This document shows, in pieces, positions 55,842 to 64,000 of a DNA stretch of 64,000 bases. A program made the translations under genes and the position numbers. The first letter of the stretch is position 1. Every line of letters begins with the position of its first letter. A model generated the notes under the pieces. The model saw nothing but the letters and a program-made list of their open reading frames with translations. It was not told the origin of the DNA and did no database searches. Source of the stretch: an uncultured Thermoleophilia bacterium (GTDB lineage Bacteria > Actinomycetota > Thermoleophilia > UBA2241); the NCBI GenBank assembly GCA_963808735.1, contig CAWEHE010000007.1:17655-81654 (forward strand), written 5' to 3'.

Positions 55842-55935
55842 TCGTCAACGAGCGGGGCGCCGCGAGGTGCACCGCTCAATGACCGGCGTAGCTGGATCAA
55901 CGAGGGGTGCCCCGTGAGGCGCACCGCTCTCTGAC
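55842..55935. repeat. Imperfect tandem direct repeat (~52-bp period, 2 copies) in hisA-hisF spacer
   Basis: TCAACGAGCGGGGCGCCGCGAGGTGCACCGCTCAATGAC vs TCAACGAGGGGTGCCCCGTGAGGCGCACCGCTCTCTGAC. Confidence 0.5.
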
Positions 55936-55945
55936 GGCGGCCCTC

Positions 55946-56791
55946 GTGCACCGCAAGCGCATCATCCCGTGCCTCGACGTGCGTGACGGCAGGGTGGTCA
56001 AGGGCGTCAACTTCGTGGCCATCCGCGATGCCGGCGACCCCATCGAGCTGGCGGCCCGGTACGACGCCGAGGGCGCCGACGAGCTCATCTTCCTCGACAT
56101 CACCGCCTCGCACGAGCGCCGCGACATCATCCTCGACCTCGCGGCGCGCTGCGCCGAGGAGGTCTTCATCCCGTTCACGATCGGCGGCGGGCTGGCGAGC
56201 GAGGACGACGTGCGCGCCATCCTCGCCGCCGGCGCCGACAAGGTGACCATGAACACCGCGGCGGTGGAGGACCCGGAGCTCGTCCGCCGCTGCGCCGAAC
56301 GGTTCGGCTCGCAGTGCATCGTCGTCGCCGTCGACGCCCGGCGCGTCCCGGGGAGCGGGGAGGAAGGTGGTCCGCCGCACTGGGAGGTGTTCGTCCACGG
56401 CGGCCGCACCCCCACGGGCCTGGACGCGATCGCGTGGGCGGCGCGCGCGGCGGAGCTGGGCGCCGGCGAGTTCATGCTCACCAGCATGGACCGCGACGGC
56501 ACCCTGGACGGGTACGACCTCGAGCTCACGCGCGCTGTGGCCCGCGAGGTAGGGGTGCCGGTGATCGCCTCCGGCGGCGTCGGCACGCTCGAGCACCTCG
56601 CCGCCGGGCTGACGGAGGGAGAGGCGGACGCCGTCCTCGCGGCGAGCATCTTCCACTACGGCACGTATACCATCGCCGAGGCCAAGGAGTACCTCGCCGC
56701 CCGCGGCGTTCCCGTGCGCCCGGTGGCCGGCGCCGAGCCGGGCGGCGCGCCGGCGCCGGACGCGGGGCCGGGCGCAGACGCCGCACCGTGA
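55946..56791 (+). CDS. hisF: Imidazole glycerol phosphate synthase cyclase subunit
   Basis: RIIPCLDV...[10 protein letters not shown] motifs. Alternative GTG at 55907. Pro/Ala-rich C-terminal extension. Confidence 0.85.
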   Translation: MHRKRIIPCLDVRDGRVVKGVNFVAIRDAGDPIELAARYDAEGADELIFLDITASHERRDIILDLAARCAEEVFIPFTIGGGLASEDDVRAILAAGADKVTMNTAAVEDPELVRRCAERFGSQCIVVAVDARRVPGSGEEGGPPHWEVFVHGGRTPTGLDAIAWAARAAELGAGEFMLTSMDRDGTLDGYDLELTRAVAREVGVPVIASGGVGTLEHLAAGLTEGEADAVLAASIFHYGTYTIAEAKEYLAARGVPVRPVAGAEPGGAPAPDAGPGADAAP

Positions 56792-57492
56792 CCGGCGCGC
56801 GCCGCATCGACCTCGCCGCCGCGGACGCCGGCGCGGCCGCACTGTCCGAGCTGGTCGCCGCGGCCCGGCTGGTCTGCTTCCCGACGGACACCGTGTACGG
56901 CGTCGGCGGCATCGTCACCCCGGCCGTCCTGGAAGCCGTGACCGCCGCCAAGGGCCGTGAGGCCGGCAAGCCGCTCCAGGTGGTCTACCCGACGGTGGAG
57001 CTGCTCGAGGCGGCGGTCACGCTCGGGCCCCGGCTGCTCGGCGCCGTGCGCCGCCTCCTGCCGGGGCCGTTCACGCTGCTGCTGCCGTATCCCCCGGAGC
57101 TGCGCTTCCCGCCGGCCGGCCAAGTGGTGCACGCCCCCCGCGAGCGGCAGGCCGGCGAAGCCACCGCCGTCGCCACCCTCGGCGTGCGCGTGCCCGCGTG
57201 GCCTGCGGCCGCGCGGGCCCTCGCCGGCCTCCCGTTCCCGCTGCTGGCCTCCAGCGCCAACCCGAGCGGCGGCGCGGCGCCCCGGTCGGCCGGCGAGGTG
57301 GACGCCGGCCTGCTGGCCGCCTGCGACCTCGTGCTCGACGCCGGCCCGGTGAGCGGCGAGGCGTCCACGATCGTCGACCTGAGTCTGTACGCCGGCGACG
57401 GCCCGTGGCGCATCCTTCGCCGGGGGACCGTCGACGAGGACGGCGTCGCGGCGCTCCTGGCCGGCGACGGGCAGGAGCCACCGACGCCGTGA
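56788..57492 (+). CDS. tsaC: L-threonylcarbamoyladenylate synthase (YrdC/Sua5 family)
   Basis: [13 protein letters not shown] motif. GTG overlaps hisF stop (GTGA). Confidence 0.7.
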   Translation: MTGARRIDLAAADAGAAALSELVAAARLVCFPTDTVYGVGGIVTPAVLEAVTAAKGREAGKPLQVVYPTVELLEAAVTLGPRLLGAVRRLLPGPFTLLLPYPPELRFPPAGQVVHAPRERQAGEATAVATLGVRVPAWPAAARALAGLPFPLLASSANPSGGAAPRSAGEVDAGLLAACDLVLDAGPVSGEASTIVDLSLYAGDGPWRILRRGTVDEDGVAALLAGDGQEPPTP

Positions 57493-57607
57493 GGACGCTG
57501 CCGATCCGCCAGGTGGACGTGTTCACCGACCGCCTGTTCGTGGGCGACCCGCCGGCCGTGTTCCGGCCGGAGGGCGCCGGCCCGGAAGGGCCCCGCGGCG
57601 CACGTAC

Positions 57608-57616
57608 TGATACAAT
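57608..57616 (+). promoter_or_regulatory. Candidate extended -10 promoter (TGaTACAAT) for rpiB
   Basis: TGATACAAT lies ~100 nt upstream of the rpiB ATG; no clear -35. Confidence 0.3.
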
Positions 57617-57716
57617 CTGCGGCCTGTAGTCCACGTCGCCGAGCCGGCCCGGGACCGCGTCTCTCGCGCTTGCCCACACCGGCCCCCTGCGCCCTCAAGA
57701 CGAGAAGGAGCCTGTC

Positions 57717-58160
57717 ATGAAGATCGCCGCCGGTGCCGACCACGGAGGGTTCGCACTCAAGCAGGCCGTCGTCCGCCGCCTCCGCTCTCTCGGTCACGAG
57801 GTCGTCGACGTCGGCACCGACTCCGAAGAGGTGTCCGTCGACTACCCCGTGTACGGGCACAAGGTCGCGGAGATGGTGGCCTCCGGCGAGGTCGAACGCG
57901 GTGTGCTCGTGTGCGGCACGGGCCTCGGCATCTGCATGTCGGCCAACCGCCACGCAGGCGTCCGCGCCGCCGATTGCTTCACCCCGTATCTCGCCGAGAT
58001 GGCGCGGCGGCACAACGACGCCAACGTGCTCTGCATGGGTGGCCGCGTCCTCAGCGAGGACGAGGCCTGGGCGATCACCGAGGTCTGGCTGGACACGCCC
58101 TTCGAAGGTGGCCGGCACGAGCGCCGCGTCGCGCTCCTCGACGGGGAGGAGCCTGCTTGA
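57717..58160 (+). CDS. rpiB: Ribose-5-phosphate isomerase B
   Basis: MKIAAGADHGGFALK, GVLVCGTGLGICMSANR (RpiB/LacAB family). Confidence 0.85.
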   Translation: MKIAAGADHGGFALKQAVVRRLRSLGHEVVDVGTDSEEVSVDYPVYGHKVAEMVASGEVERGVLVCGTGLGICMSANRHAGVRAADCFTPYLAEMARRHNDANVLCMGGRVLSEDEAWAITEVWLDTPFEGGRHERRVALLDGEEPA

Positions 58161-59425
58161 GCCCCGTTGGTCGCGAGTGGCGGCGCGAACCCCTCTACCA
58201 CCTCGATCCCGAGCTCAACGAGCTGCTGCGCAGCGAGCTGATCCGCCAGCAGGAGACGCTCGAGCTGATCGCCAGCGAGAACTTCGCCAGCCGCGCCGTC
58301 CTCGAGGCCACCGGCTCCGTGCTCACCAACAAGTACGCCGAGGGCACGCCGGGCGCGCGCTACTACGGCGGGTGCGAGGTCGTCGACCAGGTCGAGCAGC
58401 TCGCCATCGACCGCTGCAAAGAGGTGTTCGGCGCCGAGCACGTCAACGTGCAGCCGCACTCGGGCTCATCCGCCAATCTCGCGGCGTTGTTCGCGCTGCT
58501 CGAGCCGGGTGACACGATGATGGCCATGGAGCTCGCCCACGGCGGGCACCTCACGCACGGGCTCGGCATCAACTACTCGGGGCGCACGTACGACGTGGTC
58601 CCATACCACGTGCGCCCCGACACCGAGCTCGTCGACATGGACGAGGTCCGCGCCCTGGCCCTGGAGCACCGGCCGAGGCTCATCATCTGCGGCTACAGCT
58701 CCTACCCGCGCATCGTCGATTTCGCCGCGTTCCGCGAGATCGCCGACGAGTGCGGCGCCATGCTCCTCGCGGACATCGCCCACATCGCCGGCCTCATCGC
58801 CGCCGGCGTGCACCCCAACCCGGTCCCGTACTGCGACGTCGTCACGAGCACGACGCACAAGACGCTCACGGGTCCGCGCGCCGGCATCATCATGTGCCGC
58901 GAGGAGTACGCGCAGGCCATCGACCGGGCGGTGTTCCCGGGCATGCAGGGCGGCCCGCTCATGCACGTGATCGCCGCCAAGGCGGTGTGCCTGCGCATCG
59001 CGCAGAGCGACCAGTTCCACAAGCTGCAGCGGCAGATCGTCAAGAACTGCGCCGTGCTCGCCGAGACCTTGGCGGAAGGCGGCCTGCGTCTCGTCTCCGG
59101 CGGCACCGACGTCCACCTGGCGCTCATCGACCTGCGCAGCACCGGCCTGAGCGGCCTGGAGTGTCAGGACCTGCTCGAGAGCGTCAACATCACCGCCAAC
59201 CGCAACGTGGTGCCGTTCGAGGATGCGTCGTTCAACGTGGCGAGCGGCCTGCGCGTCGGCTCGCCGGCGGTCAGCACGAGGGGGTTCATGGAACCCGAGA
59301 TGCGCCAGACCGGCGAGCTCATGCTGCGCGCCATCGCCGTGCGCGGCAACGACGCCGCGCTGGCCGAGATCCGGCGCGAGGTGATCGGCTTGCTCGACCG
59401 CTTCCCCCTGTACGAGTTCCTGTGA
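58157..59425 (+). CDS. glyA: Serine hydroxymethyltransferase
   Basis: LIASENF, TNKYAEG and the PLP-Lys motif [13 protein letters not shown] start assumed. Confidence 0.9.
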   Translation: MSPVGREWRREPLYHLDPELNELLRSELIRQQETLELIASENFASRAVLEATGSVLTNKYAEGTPGARYYGGCEVVDQVEQLAIDRCKEVFGAEHVNVQPHSGSSANLAALFALLEPGDTMMAMELAHGGHLTHGLGINYSGRTYDVVPYHVRPDTELVDMDEVRALALEHRPRLIICGYSSYPRIVDFAAFREIADECGAMLLADIAHIAGLIAAGVHPNPVPYCDVVTSTTHKTLTGPRAGIIMCREEYAQAIDRAVFPGMQGGPLMHVIAAKAVCLRIAQSDQFHKLQRQIVKNCAVLAETLAEGGLRLVSGGTDVHLALIDLRSTGLSGLECQDLLESVNITANRNVVPFEDASFNVASGLRVGSPAVSTRGFMEPEMRQTGELMLRAIAVRGNDAALAEIRREVIGLLDRFPLYEFL

Positions 59426-59916
59426 TGACGCCTCGGGATCCTGTCGGGGCGCCGCAGCGCCGGCCGAGCTGGGACGAGTACTTCCTCCAGCTCGCCCGTC
59501 AGGCGGCGACCCGCTCCACCTGCCTGCGCCGCCAGGTGGGCGCCGTCCTCGTGCGCGACAAGCGCATCCTCGCGACCGGATACAACGGCGCCCCGCGCGG
59601 CGTGGCCCACTGTCTCGACATCGGCTGCCTGCGCGACCAGCTGGGCATCCCGTCGGGCGAGCGCCACGAGCTCTGCCGCGCCATCCACGCCGAGCAGAAC
59701 GCCGTGATCCAGGCGGCCATCCACGGCGTCGCCATCGAGGGCGCGACGCTCTACTGCACCCACCATCCCTGCATCCTCTGCGCCAAGATCCTCATCAACT
59801 GCGGCGTGAGCGAGATCCACTACCTCGAGGGCTACCCCGACGACCTGTCGCGCGAGATGCTCGCGGAGGCAGGGCTCGTCCTGCGCAAGGAGGAGCTGCC
59901 ATCGGCGGGCCGCTGA
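59425..59916 (+). CDS. dCMP deaminase (CMP/dCMP deaminase zinc-binding family)
   Basis: HAEQNA and PCILCAKIL zinc-binding motifs. Confidence 0.8.
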   Translation: MTPRDPVGAPQRRPSWDEYFLQLARQAATRSTCLRRQVGAVLVRDKRILATGYNGAPRGVAHCLDIGCLRDQLGIPSGERHELCRAIHAEQNAVIQAAIHGVAIEGATLYCTHHPCILCAKILINCGVSEIHYLEGYPDDLSREMLAEAGLVLRKEELPSAGR

Positions 59917-59972
59917 GCCTTTCCAGCCCGCTGCGCACAGCGATCCTGGGGTTTCTCATCGCGGCGTTCATC

Positions 59973-61037
59973 GTGTACGTCCTCACGCCGCTGATGGGCC
60001 GGCTGGCCCACCGCACCGGCGCCGTCGACACGCCCAGCGACGACCGGCGCATGCACGTCATGGCGACACCGCTGCTCGGCGGCCTCGGCATGTACATCGG
60101 CTGGATGATCCCGGTGATGCTGCTCGTGGAAGTGGACCGCGCCGTGTGGGGCATCATCGGCGGCGCCACCATCGTCGTCGCCGTCGGCCTCTTCGACGAC
60201 CTCTACGAGCTCGAGCCGATCGTCAAGTTCATCGGCCAGCTCCTCGCCATCGGCGTGGCCATCTACTTCGACACACGCGTCACGCGCATCGGCATCCCGT
60301 TCACGGAGGTCATGTGGCATCTGCCACTCGTCGCGTCGATCCTGGTCACCGTGTTCTGGATGGCGATGATCATCAACATGGTGAACTTCATCGACGGCCT
60401 CGACGGCCTGGCCGCCGGCGTGTGCGGCATCTCGGCGCTCACGTTCTCGATCATCGCGCTGGCGACCAACTTCCCCGAGATGGCCGTCCTCGCCGCGGTC
60501 CTCGCCGGAGCGACCTTCGCCTTCCTGCGCTTCAACTTCCACCCGGCGAGCATCTTCATGGGGGACGCGGGGTCGATGCTCCTGGGGTTCGTGCTCGCCT
60601 GCATCAGTGTGCAGAGCGTCATGAAGGGGACGGCGGCCGTCGCTCTCGTCCTGCCGCTCCTCGTGCTCGGCGTGCCCTTCGTCGACCTGTTCCTCATCGT
60701 GTGGCGGCGCTGGCGGCGCGGGGTGCCGTTCTACTCACCCGGGCAGGACCACGTGCACCACGACCTCGTGCTCGTGCACGGCTTCTCGCAGCGCAAGAGC
60801 GTCCTGCTGCTCTACACCTGGTGCATCTGCCTCAGCGGCCTCGCCATCGCCACGCAGCAGCGGTTCTGGCCGGCGATCGTCGCTTTCGGCGTCGCCGCGA
60901 TCGTCTCCACCGTGTACATGGCGCGCCTCCTCAGCCGCTACCGTGCGCGCCGGCACGGCCTGCCGGATCCGCTGGCCCCCGGTGTGGGGAACAACCCCGG
61001 TGGGGAGAGCGACCAGCAGGGCGGCAGTCGTGGGTGA
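59973..61037 (+). CDS. wecA: UDP-GlcNAc:undecaprenyl-phosphate GlcNAc-1-phosphate transferase (WecA/TagO-like, MraY family)
   Basis: MraY-family motifs NMVNFIDGLDGLAAG and FMGDAGS. The true start is probably upstream (TM1 encoded from ~59916 in frame). Confidence 0.75.
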   Translation: MYVLTPLMGRLAHRTGAVDTPSDDRRMHVMATPLLGGLGMYIGWMIPVMLLVEVDRAVWGIIGGATIVVAVGLFDDLYELEPIVKFIGQLLAIGVAIYFDTRVTRIGIPFTEVMWHLPLVASILVTVFWMAMIINMVNFIDGLDGLAAGVCGISALTFSIIALATNFPEMAVLAAVLAGATFAFLRFNFHPASIFMGDAGSMLLGFVLACISVQSVMKGTAAVALVLPLLVLGVPFVDLFLIVWRRWRRGVPFYSPGQDHVHHDLVLVHGFSQRKSVLLLYTWCICLSGLAIATQQRFWPAIVAFGVAAIVSTVYMARLLSRYRARRHGLPDPLAPGVGNNPGGESDQQGGSRG

Positions 61038-61145
61038 GTGGGCCGCGTTGCAGGCCCTTTTGACGGCAGGTATAGTTTGACGCCGGGATCACCCGAAGAC
61101 GGAGACAAGGGCGGCGGCCATCGTTCGGCTGCTTCCGCCGAGTCG

Positions 61146-61298
61146 ATGGCGTTTCTGCTTCTGGCAGGCTTGGCCGTCGGGCTCGGATTCGGCGCCGGCG
61201 TCGACTGGCTGGCCGGCACGTCCCCCGTGTTCCTGGTGATCGGCGTGTTCGCCGGCTTCGGCCTGGCGCTGTACGCCATCTATCTGGAGACGAAGTGA
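61146..61298 (+). CDS. AtpZ/AtpI-like small membrane protein preceding the atp operon
   Basis: MAFLLLAGLAVGLGFGAGVDWLAGTSPVFLVIGVFAGFGLALYAIY resembles the AtpZ family. Longer ORF from 61038 is possible. Confidence 0.5.
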   Translation: MAFLLLAGLAVGLGFGAGVDWLAGTSPVFLVIGVFAGFGLALYAIYLETK

Positions 61299-61353
61299 CG
61301 GATTCAGGAGGACGAGGCGTATCCACAGGCCGCTCGTAGCACCGCTCCTGCTC

Positions 61354-61698
61354 GTGGCCGCCACGCTCGCCTGCGCGACCGTGGCGGCGTTCCTCGATCA
61401 GCCCGTGTGGGCGGCCGCCGCGGGGGCGGGCCTCGTACTCGTCTACTGGGCGCTCGAGGCTCTCACGTGGCGGCGCGCCCGTGACCGGCAGGACCTCGCG
61501 CTGGGGATCGCCATCAGCGGCATGTTCGTGCGCCTCCTGGTGATGCTCGCCGGGCTCGTCGTCATCGGCCTGCTCGACCGGCCGGCGTTCCCGACGGCGG
61601 CCCTCTCCTTCCTCGCCGCGTTCACGCTCTACATCGTGATCCGTCCCACCACCTACCCGCCGGCCTCGAGGCCGGCGGGCCAGGCAGGACTGCAGTGA
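61354..61698 (+). CDS. atpI: ATP synthase protein I
   Basis: Hydrophobic 114-aa protein immediately upstream of atpB, overlapping it (GTGA). Confidence 0.55.
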   Translation: MAATLACATVAAFLDQPVWAAAAGAGLVLVYWALEALTWRRARDRQDLALGIAISGMFVRLLVMLAGLVVIGLLDRPAFPTAALSFLAAFTLYIVIRPTTYPPASRPAGQAGLQ

Positions 61699-62549
61699 AA
61701 CACCCCTGGCGCTGGATCATCGGACTCCTCGTCCTCGGCTTCCTCATCATGCTCGCGCTCATCCCGGGCGGCGAGAAGCTCGAGTTCGAGGTCGCCGGCG
61801 AGTTCGACCGCCACGTCCTGATCGAGCTGCCGACCATCGGCCCGTTCGACCTGTCGATCACGAAGACCGTGGCCTACCTCTGGATCGCCGTGGCCGTCAT
61901 CGTCGTCGCCACGATCGTCGTCGCCCGGTCGCTCAAGGTGAAGCCGGGCCGCTTTCAGTACGCGATGGAAGCCCTCTACGAGCTGGCGCGCGACGGCATC
62001 GTCGCCTCGGTGATGAAGAGCGGCAAGAAGCAGTGGTTCCCCTACATCGGCGGAGTCTTCGTCTTCATCCTCGTCAGCAATCTCATCGGCCTGCTCCCGC
62101 TGCCCTTCGGCGAGGAGAACCAGCCGGCCTTCTACGCGGCCACGGCCAATCTCAACGTCACCCTGATGCTGGCGCTGTTCACCTTCGTGTTCACGCACTA
62201 CGCCGGCATCCACAAGAACGGTGCGGCGCGCTACGTCAAGGCGTGGGCGCCCTCCGGGGCTCCGCCCGTCCTCAAGCAGGTCATCTGGTTCATCCACGTG
62301 GTCAGCGAGATCTTCCGCCTGATCTCGCTCTCCGTCCGTCTCTTCGCCAACATGGTGGCCGGGCACGCCATCCTCGCGGTGTTCTTCGCCATGGCGCTCA
62401 TCTTCCAGAGCTACCTCGTGGGCCTCGCCCTGCAGGGGGCCTCGGTGCTCATCTACATGTTCGAGATCTTCGTGGCCTTCATCCAGGCCTTCATCTTCGC
62501 CATCCTCTCCGCCGTGTACATCGGCGGCGCTCTCGACCAGGACCACTGA
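61695..62549 (+). CDS. atpB: F0F1 ATP synthase subunit a
   Basis: Conserved RLxANMxAGH motif (SVRLFANMVAGH). Confidence 0.9.
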   Translation: MKHPWRWIIGLLVLGFLIMLALIPGGEKLEFEVAGEFDRHVLIELPTIGPFDLSITKTVAYLWIAVAVIVVATIVVARSLKVKPGRFQYAMEALYELARDGIVASVMKSGKKQWFPYIGGVFVFILVSNLIGLLPLPFGEENQPAFYAATANLNVTLMLALFTFVFTHYAGIHKNGAARYVKAWAPSGAPPVLKQVIWFIHVVSEIFRLISLSVRLFANMVAGHAILAVFFAMALIFQSYLVGLALQGASVLIYMFEIFVAFIQAFIFAILSAVYIGGALDQDH

Positions 62550-62576
62550 CCCGTCACGTGACGACAATCTCTGTAG

Positions 62577-62831
<255 letters not shown>

Positions 62832-62877
62832 TCGCCCGGGACTGACGTTCGCGAGGCAGGCAGGAGAGGAAGACCGT

Positions 62878-63387
62878 ATGCTGAATCTCGATCCCGGCTT
62901 GATGATATGGACGCTGATCACGTTCGGCATCGCCGTGTTCATCCTCTGGAAGTACGCCTTCGGGCCGATCCAGACGATCATCGACCAGCGGCGTGACGGC
63001 ATCCAGGAGAGCATGGACGTGGCCGAGGAGACGCGCGCCGAGGCGCTGCGCCTGCTCGAGGAGTACAAGGCCACGCTCGCCAAAGTGCGCGGCGAGTCCG
63101 AGGAGATCCTCGAGCGCTCGCGCACGACCGCAGAACACGCCAAGGTCGAGATCATGGCCGAGGCCAAGGCCCAGTCGGAGCGCGTGCTCGAGAAGGCGCA
63201 CGAGCAGATCGAGCGCGACACGCGCGCCGCGCTCCGCGACATCAAGGGCCAGATCGCCGAGCTCACGGCGCTCGCCACCGAGAAGGTCGCCGCGAGCAGC
63301 CTGAGCGCGGCCGACCAGCAGCGTCTCATCGACGAGGCGCTCGCCGAGCTCGACGTCGAGAAGCTCGGCGCGGAGGGCAACGGGTGA
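62878..63387 (+). CDS. atpF: F0F1 ATP synthase subunit b
   Basis: Single N-terminal TM helix followed by a long charged coiled-coil. Confidence 0.85.
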   Translation: MLNLDPGLMIWTLITFGIAVFILWKYAFGPIQTIIDQRRDGIQESMDVAEETRAEALRLLEEYKATLAKVRGESEEILERSRTTAEHAKVEIMAEAKAQSERVLEKAHEQIERDTRAALRDIKGQIAELTALATEKVAASSLSAADQQRLIDEALAELDVEKLGAEGNG

Positions 63388-63938
63388 GCGAAGAGCAGAT
63401 AGCCCGGGTCTACGCCCAGGCCCTGTTCGACGCCGCCAAGGAGGCCGGCGTCGTGGAGGAGGTGCGCCGCGAGCTGGGCGACTTCGTCGCCGCCCTCGCG
63501 GCCTCGGCGTCGCTCCGCAACGTGCTGGCAGACCCGCAGGTCGAGACGGCCGCCAAGCACCGCGTGCTCGCCGAGATCACCAGCGGCGGGCAGCCGCTGC
63601 TCGCCAATGTCCTGCTCCTCATGCTCGAGCGCGGCCGGTTCGCCGCCGTGCCCGACCTGCACAGGGCCTACGACGCCCTCGCGATCGTCGAAGAGGGCGT
63701 GGTCGAGGTCGAGGTCGTCTCGGCTGCGGAACTCTCGCCCGAGACCGAGAAGAAGATCGCCGCCCGTGTCCAGGAGGCCACCGGGCGCCGGGTCGAGCTG
63801 GCCCGGCGCGTCGACCCGGCCATCCTCGGCGGGCTCGTCCTGCGCATCGGCGACATCATCGTCGACGGCAGCGTCAAAGCACGTATCCGCCAGCTGCGCC
63901 GCCGGCTGGCTACCGCAGAAGTGAGAGGTGACGTCTAG
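63384..63938 (+). CDS. atpH: F0F1 ATP synthase subunit delta
   Basis: OSCP/delta family (YAQALFDAA). Confidence 0.85.
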   Translation: MSEEQIARVYAQALFDAAKEAGVVEEVRRELGDFVAALAASASLRNVLADPQVETAAKHRVLAEITSGGQPLLANVLLLMLERGRFAAVPDLHRAYDALAIVEEGVVEVEVVSAAELSPETEKKIAARVQEATGRRVELARRVDPAILGGLVLRIGDIIVDGSVKARIRQLRRRLATAEVRGDV

Positions 63939-64000
63939 TGAAGCTGCGACCCGAAGAGATCGCCTCCGTCCTCAAGGCCCAGATCCAGGACTACCAGGCC
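63938..64000 (+). CDS. atpA: F0F1 ATP synthase subunit alpha (5' partial, runs off window)
   Basis: VKLRPEEIASVLKAQIQDYQA is the conserved AtpA N-terminus. Confidence 0.7.
   Translation, partial: MKLRPEEIASVLKAQIQDYQA

Overview
High-GC (roughly 70%+) bacterial chromosomal window with Actinobacteria-like synteny (tsaC-rpiB-glyA-wecA-atpI-atpBEFHA; ilvBN...ilvC-serA-leuB). The hisZGDBHAF order is Firmicutes-like, which suggests a deep-branching actinobacterium. This is inference only. Gene content in order: PfkB-family sugar kinase, guaB3-like and guaA, a transglutaminase-like membrane protein, a frameshifted threonine aldolase, an FAH-family hydrolase. Next is a GABA/4-hydroxybutyrate catabolic cluster: class-III aminotransferase, Fe-ADH, 4-hydroxybutyrate CoA-transferase, a small Cys-rich ferredoxin-like ORF, and 4-hydroxybutyryl-CoA dehydratase AbfD. 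Then gdhA, a P-II homolog, DUF302-trxA, and a large branched-chain amino-acid supercluster: ilvD-ilvB-ilvN, ilvC, a catalytically degenerate serA paralog, a class-V aminotransferase, canonical serA, leuA-leuC-leuD-leuB, ilvE and cimA. An ~8.5-kb accessory island is inserted between ilvN and ilvC and carries three frameshifted genes. After cimA come a GtrA/GtrB-like/GT-C/methyltransferase glycosylation module, dnaE, hisZ-hisG-hisD-hisB-hisH-hisA-hisF, tsaC, rpiB, glyA, dCMP deaminase, wecA and the start of the F0F1 ATP synthase operon. No tRNA, rRNA or CRISPR was recognised. High GC produces many long antisense ORFs, which are rejected. Four genes carry single-base frameshifts at short G/C runs; these may be genuine pseudogenes or homopolymer sequencing errors.
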